A stretch of DNA of 51,448 bases from Eubacterium sp. CAG:786 (GTDB taxonomy: Bacteria > Bacillota > Clostridia > Oscillospirales > Ruminococcaceae). Both the position numbers and the translations under genes were made by a program. Position 1 is the stretch's first letter. Every line of letters begins with the position of its first letter. Below, in pieces: positions 1 to 7,741 of the stretch. The notes beneath the pieces are model-generated. The model worked only from the letters and a program-made list of their open reading frames with translations. It had not been told where the DNA came from and did no database searches. The stretch is from NCBI GenBank assembly GCA_000432175.1, contig HF989398.1, forward strand, positions 1 to 51,448, written 5' to 3'.

Positions 1-50
1 ACTGACTCTTAATCAGTGGGTCCAGGGTTCGAGTCCCTGAAGCTGTACCA
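1..50 (+). tRNA. tRNA-Lys(CTT), 5'-truncated by window edge
   Basis: Anticodon arm ctgac-tCTTaa-tcag, T-arm ggttcgagtcc, ends ACCA at 47-50. Confidence 0.9.
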
Positions 51-54
51 AAGC

Positions 55-86
55 GATAAGGAATAGGCTTTCACCTATTCCTTATC
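55..86. other. Perfect 13-bp stem hairpin in tRNA spacer
   Basis: gataaggaatagg-ctttca-cctattccttatc between tRNA-Lys and tRNA-Glu. Confidence 0.7.
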
Positions 87-94
87 ATTTATAT

Positions 95-169
95 GGCTCG
101 TTAGTCAAGCGGTTAAGACGTTGGCCTCTCACGCCGAAAACGGGGGTTCGATTCCCCCACGAGTCACCA
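95..169 (+). tRNA. tRNA-Glu(CTC)
   Basis: Acceptor ggctcgt/acgagtc, anticodon arm ttggc-ctCTCac-gccga, T-loop gttcgatt, CCA end. Confidence 0.93.
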
Positions 170-195
170 TTTTGTTGCTCATTGCAACGGACTTC

Positions 196-272
196 GCGCC
201 AATAGCTCAGTTGGTTAGAGCAACCGGCTCATAACCGGTCGGTCCGGGGTTCGAGTCCCTGTTGGCGCACCA
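196..272 (+). tRNA. tRNA with CAT anticodon, most likely tRNA-Ile2 (lysidine-modified) rather than Met
   Basis: Acceptor gcgccaa/ttggcgc with C4-G69 and C5-G68 (TilS determinants); anticodon arm accgg-ctCATaa-ccggt; no initiator features (paired 1-72, no GGG/CCC stem). Confidence 0.85.
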
Positions 273-277
273 CCAAT

Positions 278-353
278 AGGGGTATAGTTCAGTTGGTAGA
301 ACGACGGTCTCCAAAACCGTATGTCGAGGGTTCAAGTCCTTCTGCCCCTGCCA
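278..353 (+). tRNA. tRNA-Trp(CCA)
   Basis: Acceptor aggggta/tgcccct, anticodon arm acggt-ctCCAaa-accgt, GCCA end. Confidence 0.93.
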
Positions 354-359
354 CGAATC

Positions 360-392
360 AAACCGCATTGCTGAACGCTTTGCGGTTTTTTT
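360..392 (+). terminator. Intrinsic terminator of tRNA cluster
   Basis: aaaccgca...tgcggttt followed by T-run. Confidence 0.7.
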
Positions 393-432
393 GTTGTATA
401 TGGTTTTCATAACCAAATGTTCACGGCTACAT

Positions 433-468
433 AAAAAACGGCAAACGAGTAAAGGTTTGCCGTTTTTT
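433..468. terminator. Bidirectional terminator-like inverted repeat
   Basis: aaaaaacggcaaac-gagtaaag-gtttgccgtttttt. Confidence 0.6.
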
Positions 469-499
469 GCTTTGAAAAATGTCTTCGCTTTTTTCTCTG

Positions 500-521
500 T
501 TTGATGGGTATTTGATGGGTA
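500..521. repeat. Perfect 11-bp tandem direct repeat TTTGATGGGTA x2
   Basis: tttgatgggta tttgatgggta about 150 bp downstream of tRNA-Trp. Confidence 0.75.
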
Positions 522-590
522 ATAGAAATCCTTCAAGTGCTATTATTGTTGGATTTTTGCACTTAGTAAATTTTACGTGCATCAAGAAGG

Positions 591-617
591 AAAGCGCCTG
601 CTTTGGGCAGACGCTTT
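591..617 (-). terminator. Hairpin just downstream of the Xre gene
   Basis: aaagcgcctgc-tttgg-gcagacgcttt, 10 bp beyond the stop at 628. Confidence 0.5.
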
Positions 618-627
618 GAATATTGAA

Positions 628-837
628 CTAGCCTTGATTATCATTCTCTGGCGGCGGCGTCAGTATGTCGTTAAGAGTAATGCCTAGCGCGTCAGTGATC
701 TTCAGGGCATTGGAAACAAGGCAGTCGCCACGCTTTTCCAATGCTTCGATAGTTCTCACTGGTATCCCGGTGAGTTCAGCCATTTTAGGCACGGATATTT
801 TGGCGCGCTGCCGGTAAGCTTTGATATACAGAAACAT
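628..837 (-). CDS. Small Xre/Cro-family helix-turn-helix protein (69 aa)
   Basis: IKAYRQRAKISVPKMAELTGIPVRTIEALEK...ALKITDALGITLNDIL fits the HTH_XRE pattern; GGAGG RBS upstream of ATG. Confidence 0.8.
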   Translation of the reverse strand: MFLYIKAYRQRAKISVPKMAELTGIPVRTIEALEKRGDCLVSNALKITDALGITLNDILTPPPENDNQG

Positions 838-890
838 GATCGGCCTCCGATTTCGTCAGATGTAGTGTTTGGACATGCTTGTCAATGGGG

Positions 891-925
891 AAATAACAAA
901 TCAGCTTGATGAATAGGAAAGCTGA
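891..925 (-). terminator. Terminator of lipoprotein gene
   Basis: tcagctt...aagctga stem with U-rich tail on the minus strand. Confidence 0.5.
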
Positions 926-950
926 ATGCTAATTTCCATCTCACAATATT

Positions 951-3575
951 TTACGGCATTATAAAATAAACATACTCGCTGCTGCCATCCTTGAAATTAA
1001 CAGTAAGTCTGCACAATTCCCCGGAAGCTGTGCGCATGTCGCCGTACATTTCCTCCATGATTTCCTCGGGAATGCCGTTTTTCAGTATCGAAAGTTCCTC
1101 GTTGGTGCCCTCGTAATCCTGAAACTGCGAAGCCATCGCTTTCAGCTGGTTCATGATGTCCTCGGATCTGGTGAAATCGGCGAGTTCAAGGGTGATAACG
1201 TCGCCGGGTTCCAGCGTAAATTCGCTGCTGGCGTCAAAAGCATTGTTGTAAGAGGACGACTGCCACATTCCATCTCTCAGGTGATAGACGGAATAATACG
1301 ACGCTTCTGCGGCCTTTTCGCTGTATATCCGGTTTTTCAGCGTGATTTTCAGCGTGTCGCCGGATTTCGACGTCTTGCAGCCGTCAAAGAAATACCGACG
1401 TTCCGGGGCGATGTCGAGAAGCTTTGCGGTTCCCTCGGAGAACGTTTCGTCGCACACGATTTTCAGCGTGTATTCCCCGGCAGAGAAGCCCTTGGGCATT
1501 CCTGCCATGACAGATGTTATGCTGACTTCAGCGCTTTCCCCGGAGGAAATGCGCGGTATCTCGACATCGCACAGTTCCTTGCCGGAAAGCAGAAGCTTGC
1601 CGGAAGCGCCGCTGAAATCACCGGAACCGGAATTCTCGACCGTGAACGAAAGCTTATTGCCGCCGCGCGGGCATTCTTCTTCGCCGGATATGACAAGCTG
1701 CGGGGCGCCCGTGCTTCCCATCCAGAAGCCACCGTAAACCGTGTTGCCGCCTGCATTCATGGCAACGCGGTATTCCATCTTTCTGCTGTCGGTTATGCCG
1801 GAAACGTCGATGTTCACGTCCACATTGTCGAAAGCCGGCACGGTAACATCGCTGCAGCTGCCGGAATACACCTCTTCCCAGCCGGCACCGACGCGCTTTT
1901 CTATCGTGTAGCTTCCACCGGCAGCGATGTCCTGCGCGGTGTTGTTCCAGATGTGCATGACGATGGACTGCGTGCCGTCCTCGTAGCTGCGGAGTTCTTC
2001 GGGCAGGTAGCTGCGCTGGGAATACATTCTCACATCGTCTATCTGAACATCATCGACAAAATTCGTATCGCGGTTCAGGTTGAAACTGAAAGCCGCCATC
2101 GAGATGTTACCGCTGCTGTCTTTGCGCGGCACTGCAAGAAGCGTGTCATCCAGTACCTGCATGCGGAGACTGTCGTCAAACCTACCGGGGACGTACACTT
2201 CACCGCGTTCAAGATAGGGCTTTCCGCTGTTGTCGATGCATTTCACATAGTAGGTGCTTCCGTTTTCATCACTGTCTATCTTTATGGCGTAATCGGGATT
2301 TCCGTCCATATTGTAGTCGTCAAACACCAGCTTGAACCCGTCGTGGAAATTTATCAGCTGGGTATCGTCAGGTCCCGGATAATATACGGGGGAATTTATC
2401 AGGTTGCCCTCGATGTCGCCGTAAACATTCTCGAACCATTCACCGCGCAGTGTGCCGTCGGGCTGTTTCGTGGGTTCCTCTTCGTAACCGATGGTGATGG
2501 CGAACACCCTGCCGTCAGATATCATGTACACATTCTGGCTTATACTTTCGTAGAATATCGCGAATGCCGGCACGTCCGGGAACCTTTCCTCATATTCCTT
2601 TACGCGGTCAGTATCTGCGAGGAACTCAAAGAACGTCGGGTATTCAGGGGAGTATGTATTCACGCCGTAAAGCCCGTTGCTGAGCCTGCCGGACTGGAAA
2701 CCGAACACGTCCGCATAATCAACTACCCTGCAGACGCCGTCCTCCCAGCGGAAGCGCGCATAGACCGACGGACCGAAATAATAGTGGTAGAACGTGTCGT
2801 ACGAACCGCTTTCGCTAAAGGCGCTGTTTTCAGTCTCTTCGTCGGCGATATCGTCGGCGGAGAATGCAGTGAACACCGCGAATTCCAGCGCGCCGTTATA
2901 GTAGCCTGCCGCGTCGACTTCGCTCTTGTGCCTGCCCTTGTCATACTGGAAAGCTCCGAGGCGGTAGCGCCCGGAAACATTGCTCAGAGAGTTCAGCCAG
3001 GGCTTCAGCACTGCCTGCGCGGTGGCGATGTATTCCTCGTTGTTGGCGGGCATGGGGCATTCAAGGGAGCATTCCAGCAGGGAAACAATCTCCGGGTCAG
3101 CGGGGGTGCTGGTGGTGGAATTATCGTTCGCTGGCAGGCGCTTGAACAGTTCTGCGGTGAATTCGTCGAGTTCCTTTGTGTCGGAACAGCACAGTCCGCT
3201 TTCCATGAACTTCACCCAGCTGTCCCAGCCGTCGTTGTATTTCACGGCTGAAAATCCCTGGAAAGAGGATATCGTATATTCGACGTTTGCGGTGTCTTCG
3301 ATCTTTGGCAGGAACAGCGGCTGTTCCGACATTCTGCTGAGGATATTCTGGAGCTTTTCGCGTTCGTCGTGGGTGAGGGTGCAGTTTCCGGTCGAGGTCG
3401 ACGTGTACCACGATGAATAACCCCTGGCAAGGGATATTTCTTCAGACGTTTCGGGGGCTGACATTCCCGCAGAAGCAAGGGAACCGCTGTACAGCACGGG
3501 TTTGCTGCTGCAGGAAGAGAGAAGTGACATCGCTGTTAATGCAGCAAGCGCCGCAGCCGGAAATCTGTATCTCAT
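951..3575 (-). CDS. Large lipoprotein (874 aa) with probable C-terminal Ig-like/CARDB-like domains, function unknown
   Basis: Start moved to ATG 3575 (AAGGAGA RBS); signal peptide MRYRFPAAALAALTAMSLLSS-C lipobox; DDYNMDGNPD Ca-loop-like motif; beta-sandwich-like C-terminal segments (FTVENSGSG...GESAEVSI...AGEYTLKI). Confidence 0.8.
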   Translation of the reverse strand: MRYRFPAAALAALTAMSLLSSCSSKPVLYSGSLASAGMSAPETSEEISLARGYSSWYTSTSTGNCTLTHDEREKLQNILSRMSEQPLFLPKIEDTANVEYTISSFQGFSAVKYNDGWDSWVKFMESGLCCSDTKELDEFTAELFKRLPANDNSTTSTPADPEIVSLLECSLECPMPANNEEYIATAQAVLKPWLNSLSNVSGRYRLGAFQYDKGRHKSEVDAAGYYNGALEFAVFTAFSADDIADEETENSAFSESGSYDTFYHYYFGPSVYARFRWEDGVCRVVDYADVFGFQSGRLSNGLYGVNTYSPEYPTFFEFLADTDRVKEYEERFPDVPAFAIFYESISQNVYMISDGRVFAITIGYEEEPTKQPDGTLRGEWFENVYGDIEGNLINSPVYYPGPDDTQLINFHDGFKLVFDDYNMDGNPDYAIKIDSDENGSTYYVKCIDNSGKPYLERGEVYVPGRFDDSLRMQVLDDTLLAVPRKDSSGNISMAAFSFNLNRDTNFVDDVQIDDVRMYSQRSYLPEELRSYEDGTQSIVMHIWNNTAQDIAAGGSYTIEKRVGAGWEEVYSGSCSDVTVPAFDNVDVNIDVSGITDSRKMEYRVAMNAGGNTVYGGFWMGSTGAPQLVISGEEECPRGGNKLSFTVENSGSGDFSGASGKLLLSGKELCDVEIPRISSGESAEVSITSVMAGMPKGFSAGEYTLKIVCDETFSEGTAKLLDIAPERRYFFDGCKTSKSGDTLKITLKNRIYSEKAAEASYYSVYHLRDGMWQSSSYNNAFDASSEFTLEPGDVITLELADFTRSEDIMNQLKAMASQFQDYEGTNEELSILKNGIPEEIMEEMYGDMRTASGELCRLTVNFKDGSSEYVYFIMP

Positions 3576-3615
3576 AAAAATCTCCTTTATCAAAAACCTT
3601 TGATTTATTACGGCT

Positions 3616-3644
3616 ATTATACCATAAAAATTGTAAAATTTCAA
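3616..3644 (-). promoter_or_regulatory. SigA promoter for lipoprotein
   Basis: TTGAAA-17-TATAAT with extended TG on the minus strand, flanked by ggctatt/aatagcc inverted repeat. Confidence 0.7.
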
Positions 3645-3769
3645 TAGCCTGCGTCAAAAACATGCAAAAAATGATTGCAGTATTTTGCAGTTGCCGTGGT
3701 ATTATATTAAAATCACGGAAATGAAGCGGAAAATTCCGCAAAAAACCGAAAAAAGTGCCCTGATAACTC

Positions 3770-3798
3770 TTGACAAAGGCGTTTTCATCTGGTATAAT
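3770..3798 (+). promoter_or_regulatory. SigA promoter for rpsF operon
   Basis: Consensus TTGACA-17-TATAAT with TGn extended -10. Confidence 0.85.
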
Positions 3799-3819
3799 GA
3801 TATAGTTAAGGCTGTAAAA

Positions 3820-3872
3820 GTCCTAACCCCTTTCTCGTGCATACGGCGCGGGATATATATCCATAAGGAGGT
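3820..3872 (+). promoter_or_regulatory. Probable S6:S18 ribosomal-protein autoregulatory leader
   Basis: Hairpin ctcgtgc/gcgcggg with a pyrimidine tract able to pair to the AAGGAGG SD and a CC just before it, directly upstream of rpsF. Confidence 0.5.
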
Positions 3873-3881
3873 GCTATATAA

Positions 3882-4184
3882 ATGGCAAAGTTATCTGAGA
3901 AGTATGAGGCAATTATCGTTTTCTCTCTGAAGAAGACCGAGGACGAGATCAAGGCGCTGACCGACAAGTTCGCTGACCTCATCAAGGCAAACGGCACACT
4001 CACCAACACTGATGAGTGGGGCAAGAGAAAGCTCGCTTACGAGATCAACTACGAGGGCGAAGGCTACTATGTACTCTACAACTTCGAGTCCAAGCCTGAT
4101 TTCCCCATGGAGCTCGAGCGTATCATCAACATCACTGATGGCGTTCTGCGTTCCATCGTTGTGCTCGCACAGGGCCAGCAGTAA
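3882..4184 (+). CDS. rpsF: 30S ribosomal protein S6
   Basis: KYEAIIVF...WGKRKLAYEI...EGYY...VLRSIVV motifs; canonical rpsF-ssb-rpsR order. Confidence 0.97.
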   Translation: MAKLSEKYEAIIVFSLKKTEDEIKALTDKFADLIKANGTLTNTDEWGKRKLAYEINYEGEGYYVLYNFESKPDFPMELERIINITDGVLRSIVVLAQGQQ

Positions 4185-4226
4185 TTCGCTGTAAGACGGC
4201 GGCAATTATGGTATGGAGGTGTTTTC

Positions 4227-4682
4227 GTGTATAACAAGGTTATTATGATGGGTCGCTTAGTTAACGATCCCGAATTAAGGACCACCCCTCAGGGCGTTAA
4301 CGTGTGCTCTTTCCGCATCGCGGTGGACAGGCGTTTCCAGCAGAAGGGGGAGGAGAGAAAGTCAGATTTCTTCAATGTTGTCGCTTGGCGTCAGCAGGCT
4401 GATTTTGTACACCGTTACTTCACCAAGGGCAGACTTATTCTTGTTGAAGGCGAGCTCACCACCAGAAACTACACCGACAAGAACGGCAACCAGGCTACCT
4501 GGTATGAGATAGTTGCCGACCGTATTTCCTTCACAGGCGAAAAGTCGCAGGGCGGCTCGTACAACGATTATGCCGCGTCTGCTCCGTCCGCTCCTGCTCC
4601 CCAGGCACCGGCTCAGCCAGCGCCCCAGCAGGCTCCCGCAGCTGATTTCGCGAATGCTGCTACGGACGATTACCCGTTCTAA
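4227..4682 (+). CDS. ssb: Single-stranded DNA-binding protein
   Basis: NKVIMMGRLVNDPELRTT OB-fold start, Pro/Ala/Gln linker, acidic DDYPF tail; GTG start. Confidence 0.97.
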   Translation: MYNKVIMMGRLVNDPELRTTPQGVNVCSFRIAVDRRFQQKGEERKSDFFNVVAWRQQADFVHRYFTKGRLILVEGELTTRNYTDKNGNQATWYEIVADRISFTGEKSQGGSYNDYAASAPSAPAPQAPAQPAPQQAPAADFANAATDDYPF

Positions 4683-4721
4683 TTACGTTTGACTTGAACA
4701 ACAAAGGAGGTTCAGTATACC

Positions 4722-4970
4722 ATGGCTGAAAAGTTTGATAGACCGGCTCACGCAGTTAAGCGCCCCAGAAAAAAGGTTTGCCAGTTCTGCGTTGATCGTT
4801 CTGAATTCATCGATTACAAGGACGTTGCTAAGCTCAGAAAGTGCATGACCGAGCGCGCTAAGATCCTTCCCAGAAGAGTAACTGGCTGCTGCGCTTATCA
4901 CCAGAGAGAGCTCACAACAGCTATCAAGAGAGCACGTCAGATCGCTCTCATTCCTTACACCGCTGAGTAA
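4722..4970 (+). CDS. rpsR: 30S ribosomal protein S18 (Zn-ribbon, Cys-containing type)
   Basis: CQFC...IDYKDV...[26 protein letters not shown]. Confidence 0.97.
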   Translation: MAEKFDRPAHAVKRPRKKVCQFCVDRSEFIDYKDVAKLRKCMTERAKILPRRVTGCCAYHQRELTTAIKRARQIALIPYTAE

Positions 4971-5008
4971 TTCGGCGCAAATTTAATTTCATCTTTTTTC
5001 AGTAACAC

Positions 5009-5044
5009 AAATTCTCCCCGGATCCGTCCGGGGAGTTTTGTTTT
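5009..5044 (+). terminator. Intrinsic terminator of rpsF-ssb-rpsR
   Basis: ctccccgga-tccg-tccggggag then ttttgtttt. Confidence 0.85.
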
Positions 5045-5288
5045 AATTCGGAGTTTTGCGCACTTGGGCGCACAATGCAAATGGATAAAGGAGCGGGCTG
5101 CGCAAAACTAAATTTGGAATTCGTAATTCGGAATTGATGTGTCCCGCTACGCGGGACGTTATCTCAAAAGATTTACTAAAAATACACAGGGCGAAAGTGG
5201 TTCTTTCGCCCTGTAGTGTTTCTATAAAAGTTTTTGAAATATTGTCCGCGAAGCGGACACCACAATTTCGAATTAAGAATTCCGAATT
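5045..5288. repeat. Palindromic repeat element copy 1 (AATTNNN heptamer ends, three hairpins) with an extra ~60 bp hairpin in its left end
   Basis: Homologous to 13547-13732 and 46085-46261; central cagggcgaaag-tggtt-ctttcgccctg. Confidence 0.85.
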
Positions 5289-5289
5289 A

Positions 5290-6018
5290 TTACGCGTATG
5301 TGCTCAGCAGTGCGCCGACGTTGTATGTATAGCTGGGCTGAACTGTGTTCGAATAGGAGAACATGCTGCCGGTGCTTCCCTGGAGGCGCTGTATCTGCTG
5401 CGCCTTCTGGTTTATCTTGGTGGCATATCCGCCCCTGCCGAACGTGGATTTCAGCTCGTACGCCTTGATACCGGACAGCTTATCCTTGTCGAATGTCAGC
5501 TTGTTGTCGCTGCCAACGGTGATCCCCGCGCGTTTGAGGGCGCTGGAATACACCTTTGTGGTGTTGACCATAACTACGCCCTTCTGCAGCACCGACTGAT
5601 TGTCGGACTCGCCCAGCGCGCCGACCATGTCGTTGTAGTCGTCAACGAAGCTCTGAATTTTCTTGGAAACTGCCTCGGTGTCCACCTCGTCGCCGTAATC
5701 CAGCGAATTTGCGTAGCTTATGAGGTCCTCCGAGGACTTTGCGGCTGCGCTTGCCGCCTGCTTTACGGTGACGGTCTTGTCGGCCTTTTCGGTATCCTCA
5801 TCGCTGGGGAATATCGAACTGTAAAGCTTCTTGTACTGCGCCTTGAAGTAGTCGTTCTTGTTCCTGAGAATGCGCTCCATTGCGTCGTTGACCGACGTGG
5901 AGTTCTTTCCGGTGGAGAAAGTGCTCTTTGAGAACAGACTGCCTGTACTTACGCCGGTTTTCGCGGACGCCTGTGCCATTTTAAGCTGAGTCATTGCCAT
6001 GCTTCCAACTGTTGCCAT
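5290..6018 (-). CDS. Short FliD C-terminal-like protein (242 aa)
   Basis: KKIQSFVDDYNDMV and LKRAGITVGSDNKLTFDKDKL resemble VKKFVEDYNQLI and SMGIKTS...GKLEIDDDAF of the full FliD in this window; GGGGGTG RBS. Confidence 0.65.
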   Translation of the reverse strand: MATVGSMAMTQLKMAQASAKTGVSTGSLFSKSTFSTGKNSTSVNDAMERILRNKNDYFKAQYKKLYSSIFPSDEDTEKADKTVTVKQAASAAAKSSEDLISYANSLDYGDEVDTEAVSKKIQSFVDDYNDMVGALGESDNQSVLQKGVVMVNTTKVYSSALKRAGITVGSDNKLTFDKDKLSGIKAYELKSTFGRGGYATKINQKAQQIQRLQGSTGSMFSYSNTVQPSYTYNVGALLSTYA

Positions 6019-6049
6019 AAAAACACCCCCTAAAGTTGTAAAAAAATTA

Positions 6050-6751
6050 TCAGGAAACCTTTCTCACAATTGCAATCGGCGTCTGCTGAGAGCACTGATC
6101 AAGAGGATTATCCTTGAATACCTGTATCGGGAACTCGTCCGGCATATCCTTGCGGGGCTTGCCGAGAACGTTTGCGCCGATGTCGTTTGCGTCGATTATC
6201 ACGACGTCCACGCCCATGTGCCTGGTGAGGCGCTGGGCTACCTCGTCGGGCTTGTCGGGAGCCATCTTCGCGTAGTGGTTATAGGGCGGCAGCGTGTATT
6301 CGCACGGGCCGTCGATGGCGCGCGCCTTCATTCCGCAGATGTTGTAGAACACGCCGTGCTTGCCGAAAAGCTTGCCGATGGCTGCGCAGAACGCCGCCCA
6401 CAGCACCTTGACCCTGCCGACCTCGCGGATACACAGTTCCATGGTTTCCGGCATGCCAAGACCGATGCCGTAGTTCGTCTTGACGACGAAGTGAGAAAGT
6501 ATCTTTGCAAGGCGCGAAACCTTGATCTCCTCTATCGGGAACGCGCGCCCCTGTGAGATAGCGACTATCTTTTCCGACATGATTATCGTGTCGCCGGGCT
6601 GTACGTAATCCTTTGCGTACTTGTCCAGCACGTCCTCAAGCACGTCGTCCTTGGTGATGACGTGGGTCTTTACGGGGTATCTTGCGTACCTGCCGTAATC
6701 GGTGTCTATCTCAAGATTTTTGCCCTCGTTGGGCTGAAAAGGCATTTCCAT
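6050..6751 (-). CDS. CofE/F420-0:gamma-glutamyl ligase family protein
   Basis: GDTIIMSEKIVAISQGR and VDVVIIDAND...DNPLDQCSQQTPIAIVRK match the CofE-like ligase pattern. Confidence 0.8.
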   Translation of the reverse strand: MEMPFQPNEGKNLEIDTDYGRYARYPVKTHVITKDDVLEDVLDKYAKDYVQPGDTIIMSEKIVAISQGRAFPIEEIKVSRLAKILSHFVVKTNYGIGLGMPETMELCIREVGRVKVLWAAFCAAIGKLFGKHGVFYNICGMKARAIDGPCEYTLPPYNHYAKMAPDKPDEVAQRLTRHMGVDVVIIDANDIGANVLGKPRKDMPDEFPIQVFKDNPLDQCSQQTPIAIVRKVS

Positions 6752-6788
6752 TATATTTTCCCCTGTTTTCGGATATTACAGGCAGTTA

Positions 6789-7445
6789 TCAGCCTACTCC
6801 GTATACCTTTCTGTATTCTTTCATCTTCTCGACGTATTCCTTGCCCGGGATAACGTCGTTTTCGAGCGCGTCGATGATATCGTTGATGTTGACGATGGAG
6901 AACACCTTCACGCCGAATTCGTCGTAAACTTCCTGCACCGCGGACTTATCGGAGGTAAGTCCCTTTTCCATGCGGTCAACGGTGATTATCATGCCCTCGA
7001 TGTCGATCTTAGCGGCGCCCTGCAGCTTGGGCAGGACTTCGCGCAGTGCCTTGCCGGAAGTCATTACGTCCTCGATGATGACTACCTTTTCGTTGTCCTC
7101 GAGAGTCTTGCCGACGAACATTCCGCCCTCGCCGTGATCCTTGACTTCCTTGCGGTCGAAGCAGTAGTTGACATCGACGCCGAACTTGTTGTAGAGCGCC
7201 GTGCAGGCTGCAACGGAAAGCGGGATTCCCTTATAAGCCGGACCGAACAGGGTCTGGGGCTTGAGGCCGTTTTCCATGATGCACTCAGCGTAGAATTCAC
7301 CGAGCTTTGCGAGCTGAGCGCCGGTCTTGTAGTTGCCGGCGTTGATGAAATAAGGCGCCAGTCTGCCGCTCTTGAGCGTGAACTCACCGAACTTCAGCAC
7401 TCCGCTGTCTACCATGAACTTGATAAAACTTTCTTTGTAGGTCAT
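6789..7445 (-). CDS. pyrE: Orotate phosphoribosyltransferase
   Basis: LKFGEFTLKSGRLAPYFIN, LFGPAYKGIP, RKEVKDHGEGG, PRPP motif VVIIEDVMTSG; start at ATG 7445 with GGAGG. Confidence 0.95.
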   Translation of the reverse strand: MTYKESFIKFMVDSGVLKFGEFTLKSGRLAPYFINAGNYKTGAQLAKLGEFYAECIMENGLKPQTLFGPAYKGIPLSVAACTALYNKFGVDVNYCFDRKEVKDHGEGGMFVGKTLEDNEKVVIIEDVMTSGKALREVLPKLQGAAKIDIEGMIITVDRMEKGLTSDKSAVQEVYDEFGVKVFSIVNINDIIDALENDVIPGKEYVEKMKEYRKVYGVG

Positions 7446-7495
7446 TATATCCTCCAGTTGACTGCGCAAAGGCAGAATTATTCATTGTTAATAAT

Positions 7496-7524
7496 ATTAT
7501 AGCACACTATATTATATATTTCAA
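7496..7524 (-). promoter_or_regulatory. SigA promoter for pyrE unit
   Basis: TTGAAA-17-TATAAT with TG extension on the minus strand. Confidence 0.7.
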
Positions 7525-7712
7525 GGGCGTGGGCGAAAATTTCCGCAAAAACGACCACTGTAGAAAATGTAACGGTTTTTTTCGCGGATAATTGTGCAAA
7601 TACTACATAATCCACATCTGAGTAAACGTTTTTATGCAGAATAATCGCTGCGCCCCTACGCATTCCGCGTTTTCAACATGTGCATTTTGGTAAAAATCGA
7701 GTGGTTTTTCCC

Positions 7713-7741
7713 TTGACATTTTCGTGATTTTGTTGTAAAAT
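7713..7741 (+). promoter_or_regulatory. SigA promoter upstream of rny
   Basis: TTGACA-17-TAAAAT. Confidence 0.7.

Noticed and set aside
207..536. 109-aa minus-strand ORF
   Set aside because: Antisense to tRNA-Ile2 and tRNA-Trp; a typical tRNA shadow ORF
1281..3251. 656-aa plus-strand ORF
   Set aside because: Fully antisense to the lipoprotein, with no RBS or motifs; GC3 codon bias suppresses stops on the opposite strand
5111..5288. CRISPR array interpretation of the heptamer/hairpin repeats
   Set aside because: No 25-40 bp direct repeats with unique spacers, and no cas genes in the window
5134..5931. 265-aa plus-strand ORF starting in the repeat element
   Set aside because: Antisense shadow of the mini-FliD gene, with no transposase motifs
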